NCBI GenBank assembly: GCA_051294375.1
Contig: CM119266.1
Span: forward strand, 3,699,530-3,763,529
Direction: 5' to 3'
Length of the DNA: 64,000 nt
From: Paraspadella gotoi
Taxonomy: Eukaryota > Animalia > Chaetognatha
In this document: in pieces, positions 62,385 through 64,000 of the stretch
How positions within the stretch are numbered: the stretch's first letter is position 1
Layout of the letters: each line of letters opens with the position of its first letter
The notes under the pieces: generated by a model
What the model saw: only the letters and a program-made list of their open reading frames with translations
The model's database searches: none
Told to the model about the DNA's origin: nothing
Program-made: the position numbers and the translations under genes

Positions 62385-63135
62385 TAGAGTCATATAGGAA
62401 ACTTATTCTTAGCAAGCATTTTTTATGCTGACGACATTGCGCTTTTGTCACCAACAATAGCAGGTATGCAACTCTAATAAATATCTGTGCTCAGTATTCA
62501 GAGCAGTTTTGTTTTACTTTTTGGAAAACCTTACACAGACGTTGATGAAGATGTTCTTTTCTCTTAACAGTAACCCTATAGAATTCGTTAATAAATGGAC
62601 TTTAACCTGAGTAGCGACAAGGGTCCTTATTGAACCTCTCATCTTTCTATCGATCTAGTAATTGTTTAATTAATGCTTTGTATATAAACCATCTGAAGAA
62701 GTTCTAATGAAATTGTTTTATACAAATTGTGTCCCTATACTACTTATGGCTGTGAGGTAAAATCTTTTTTGGCTAGAGACATGAACAGAATTAATGTTGC
62801 TATTAATGGTGGTATCAGAAAAATATTCGATTCAACCGATGGGAAAGCATTAGAGAGCTTCGGACTTCATTTGGTTACTGTGATATTATTACCATGTTTA
62901 ACCAGAGTAAAAAGAACTTTATTTCTAAAATCTATAGTTCGAAAAATTTAGTTCTCAAAAAAATAATCGCATTCTTTAATGATTGAAATATTTTAATTGA
63001 TAATTTGGACCTTTTTTGTCTGTGGTGGTGGTTTTCACGCAATCTTTAACTTTGTTTTGTCTTTAGACTTAGCTTTGTTTTGATGCTCCTGTATGTACTT
63101 GATCAACCTTGTTGAATTCGAAATAAAACGCATAT
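62385..63135 (+). mobile_element. Degraded 3' fragment of a non-LTR retrotransposon (LINE RT)
   Basis: FYADDIALLSPTIAGMQ (~62421), INICAQYSEQFCFTF, VLMKLFYTNCVPIL/TYGCEV; the 3' end ATCAACCTTGTTGAATTCGAAATAAA recurs on the minus strand at ~59595-59630. Confidence 0.85.
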
Positions 63136-63243
63136 AATAGAAATTACTAGGAACTCCTTGAAACAGCAAAATGTGTCAGCCACTTTCGCGTTTCTGCGTC
63201 TTTGATGTCAATGTTTCGTTTGTAAATTGACTGAGGAATTGAT

Positions 63244-63292
<49 letters not shown>

Positions 63293-63319
63293 GATGTGTT
63301 ACGCAATGAAAGCGATAAT

Positions 63320-63850
63320 TTAGAAGAGGATTTGGATTAGGATTTAGAACAGGATTTGGATTCGGATTTAGAGGAGGATTTGGATTAGGATTTAGAACAG
63401 GATTTGGATTCGGATTTAGAAGAGGATTTGGATTAGGATTTAGAAGAGGATGTGGATTCGGATTTAGAAGAGGATGTGGATTAGGATTTAGAAGAGGATG
63501 TGGAGTCGGATTTATAAGAGGATGTGGATTCGGATTTAGAAAAGGATGTGGATTAGGATTTAAAAAAGGTTTTGGATTAGGTTTTAGAAGAGGATTTGGA
63601 TTAGGTTTTCGAAGAGCATTTGGATTAGGATTTAGACGAGCATATGGATTAGGATTTAGAAGAGGATTTGGATTCGGATTTAGAAGAGGATGTGATTAAG
63701 ATTTAAATGAATATTTGAATCATGATTTATATAAGAATTTGAATTTAGATTTAAATGAAGATTTGGATCAGGATTTATACAAGAATTTGGATTAGGATTT
63801 ATAAAAAGAATTAGACTAGGATATAAATGAGGATTTGGATAAAGATTTAA
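63320..63850. repeat. ~24-bp minisatellite (GGATTTAGAAGAGGATTTGGATTA-like)
   Basis: Tandem units decaying rightwards. Confidence 0.9.
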
Positions 63851-64000
63851 ACTACAAATAAAAGATGCTTCTCTTCAGATAGATGAAAATTGAATTACGT
63901 GACATTAAAAGATAAACAAGTTGGAGCAAACAATGACGGATCTGCCCACGATCATTAATTAATTAAATTAACAGTTGAATTAGGCAATTAATTAATTAAT

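Overview
AT-rich, repeat-dense eukaryotic DNA, most likely from an invertebrate animal (GT-AG introns, TTAGGG telomere-like motifs, a cilia-related gene, four N-gaps). Five spliced genes can be built by hand: tyrosine aminotransferase (minus, 1751-6563), an LRRC27-like LRR protein (plus, 21343-26862), an unrecognised Pro/Arg-rich protein with a C-terminal membrane anchor and a GC-AG intron (plus, 33098-35818), an SLC35G/EamA-type transporter (plus, 38116-40876) and DNAAF9/C20orf194 (minus, 52548-59313, scrambled by a fold-back next to a gap). The rest is mostly mobile DNA: a frameshifted Gypsy element abutting a (GGGTTA)n array, a LINE RT fragment, DINE-1/Helentron-like elements, hAT/Tc1/Kolobok-like MITEs and Penelope-type insertions carrying minimal hammerhead ribozymes. 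The most interesting signal is a set of tiny non-coding LTR elements made of structured RNA. One is a complete 641-bp TRIM (10055-10695) with a 72-nt tRNA-like cloverleaf in each LTR. There are also several families of ~230-265-bp hairpin-packed solo-LTR-like elements, one with exact 4-bp TSDs in four copies, and a Gypsy with a similar PBS and its own tRNA-like LTR insert as candidate helper. Homology calls are from memory of protein families, not database searches.
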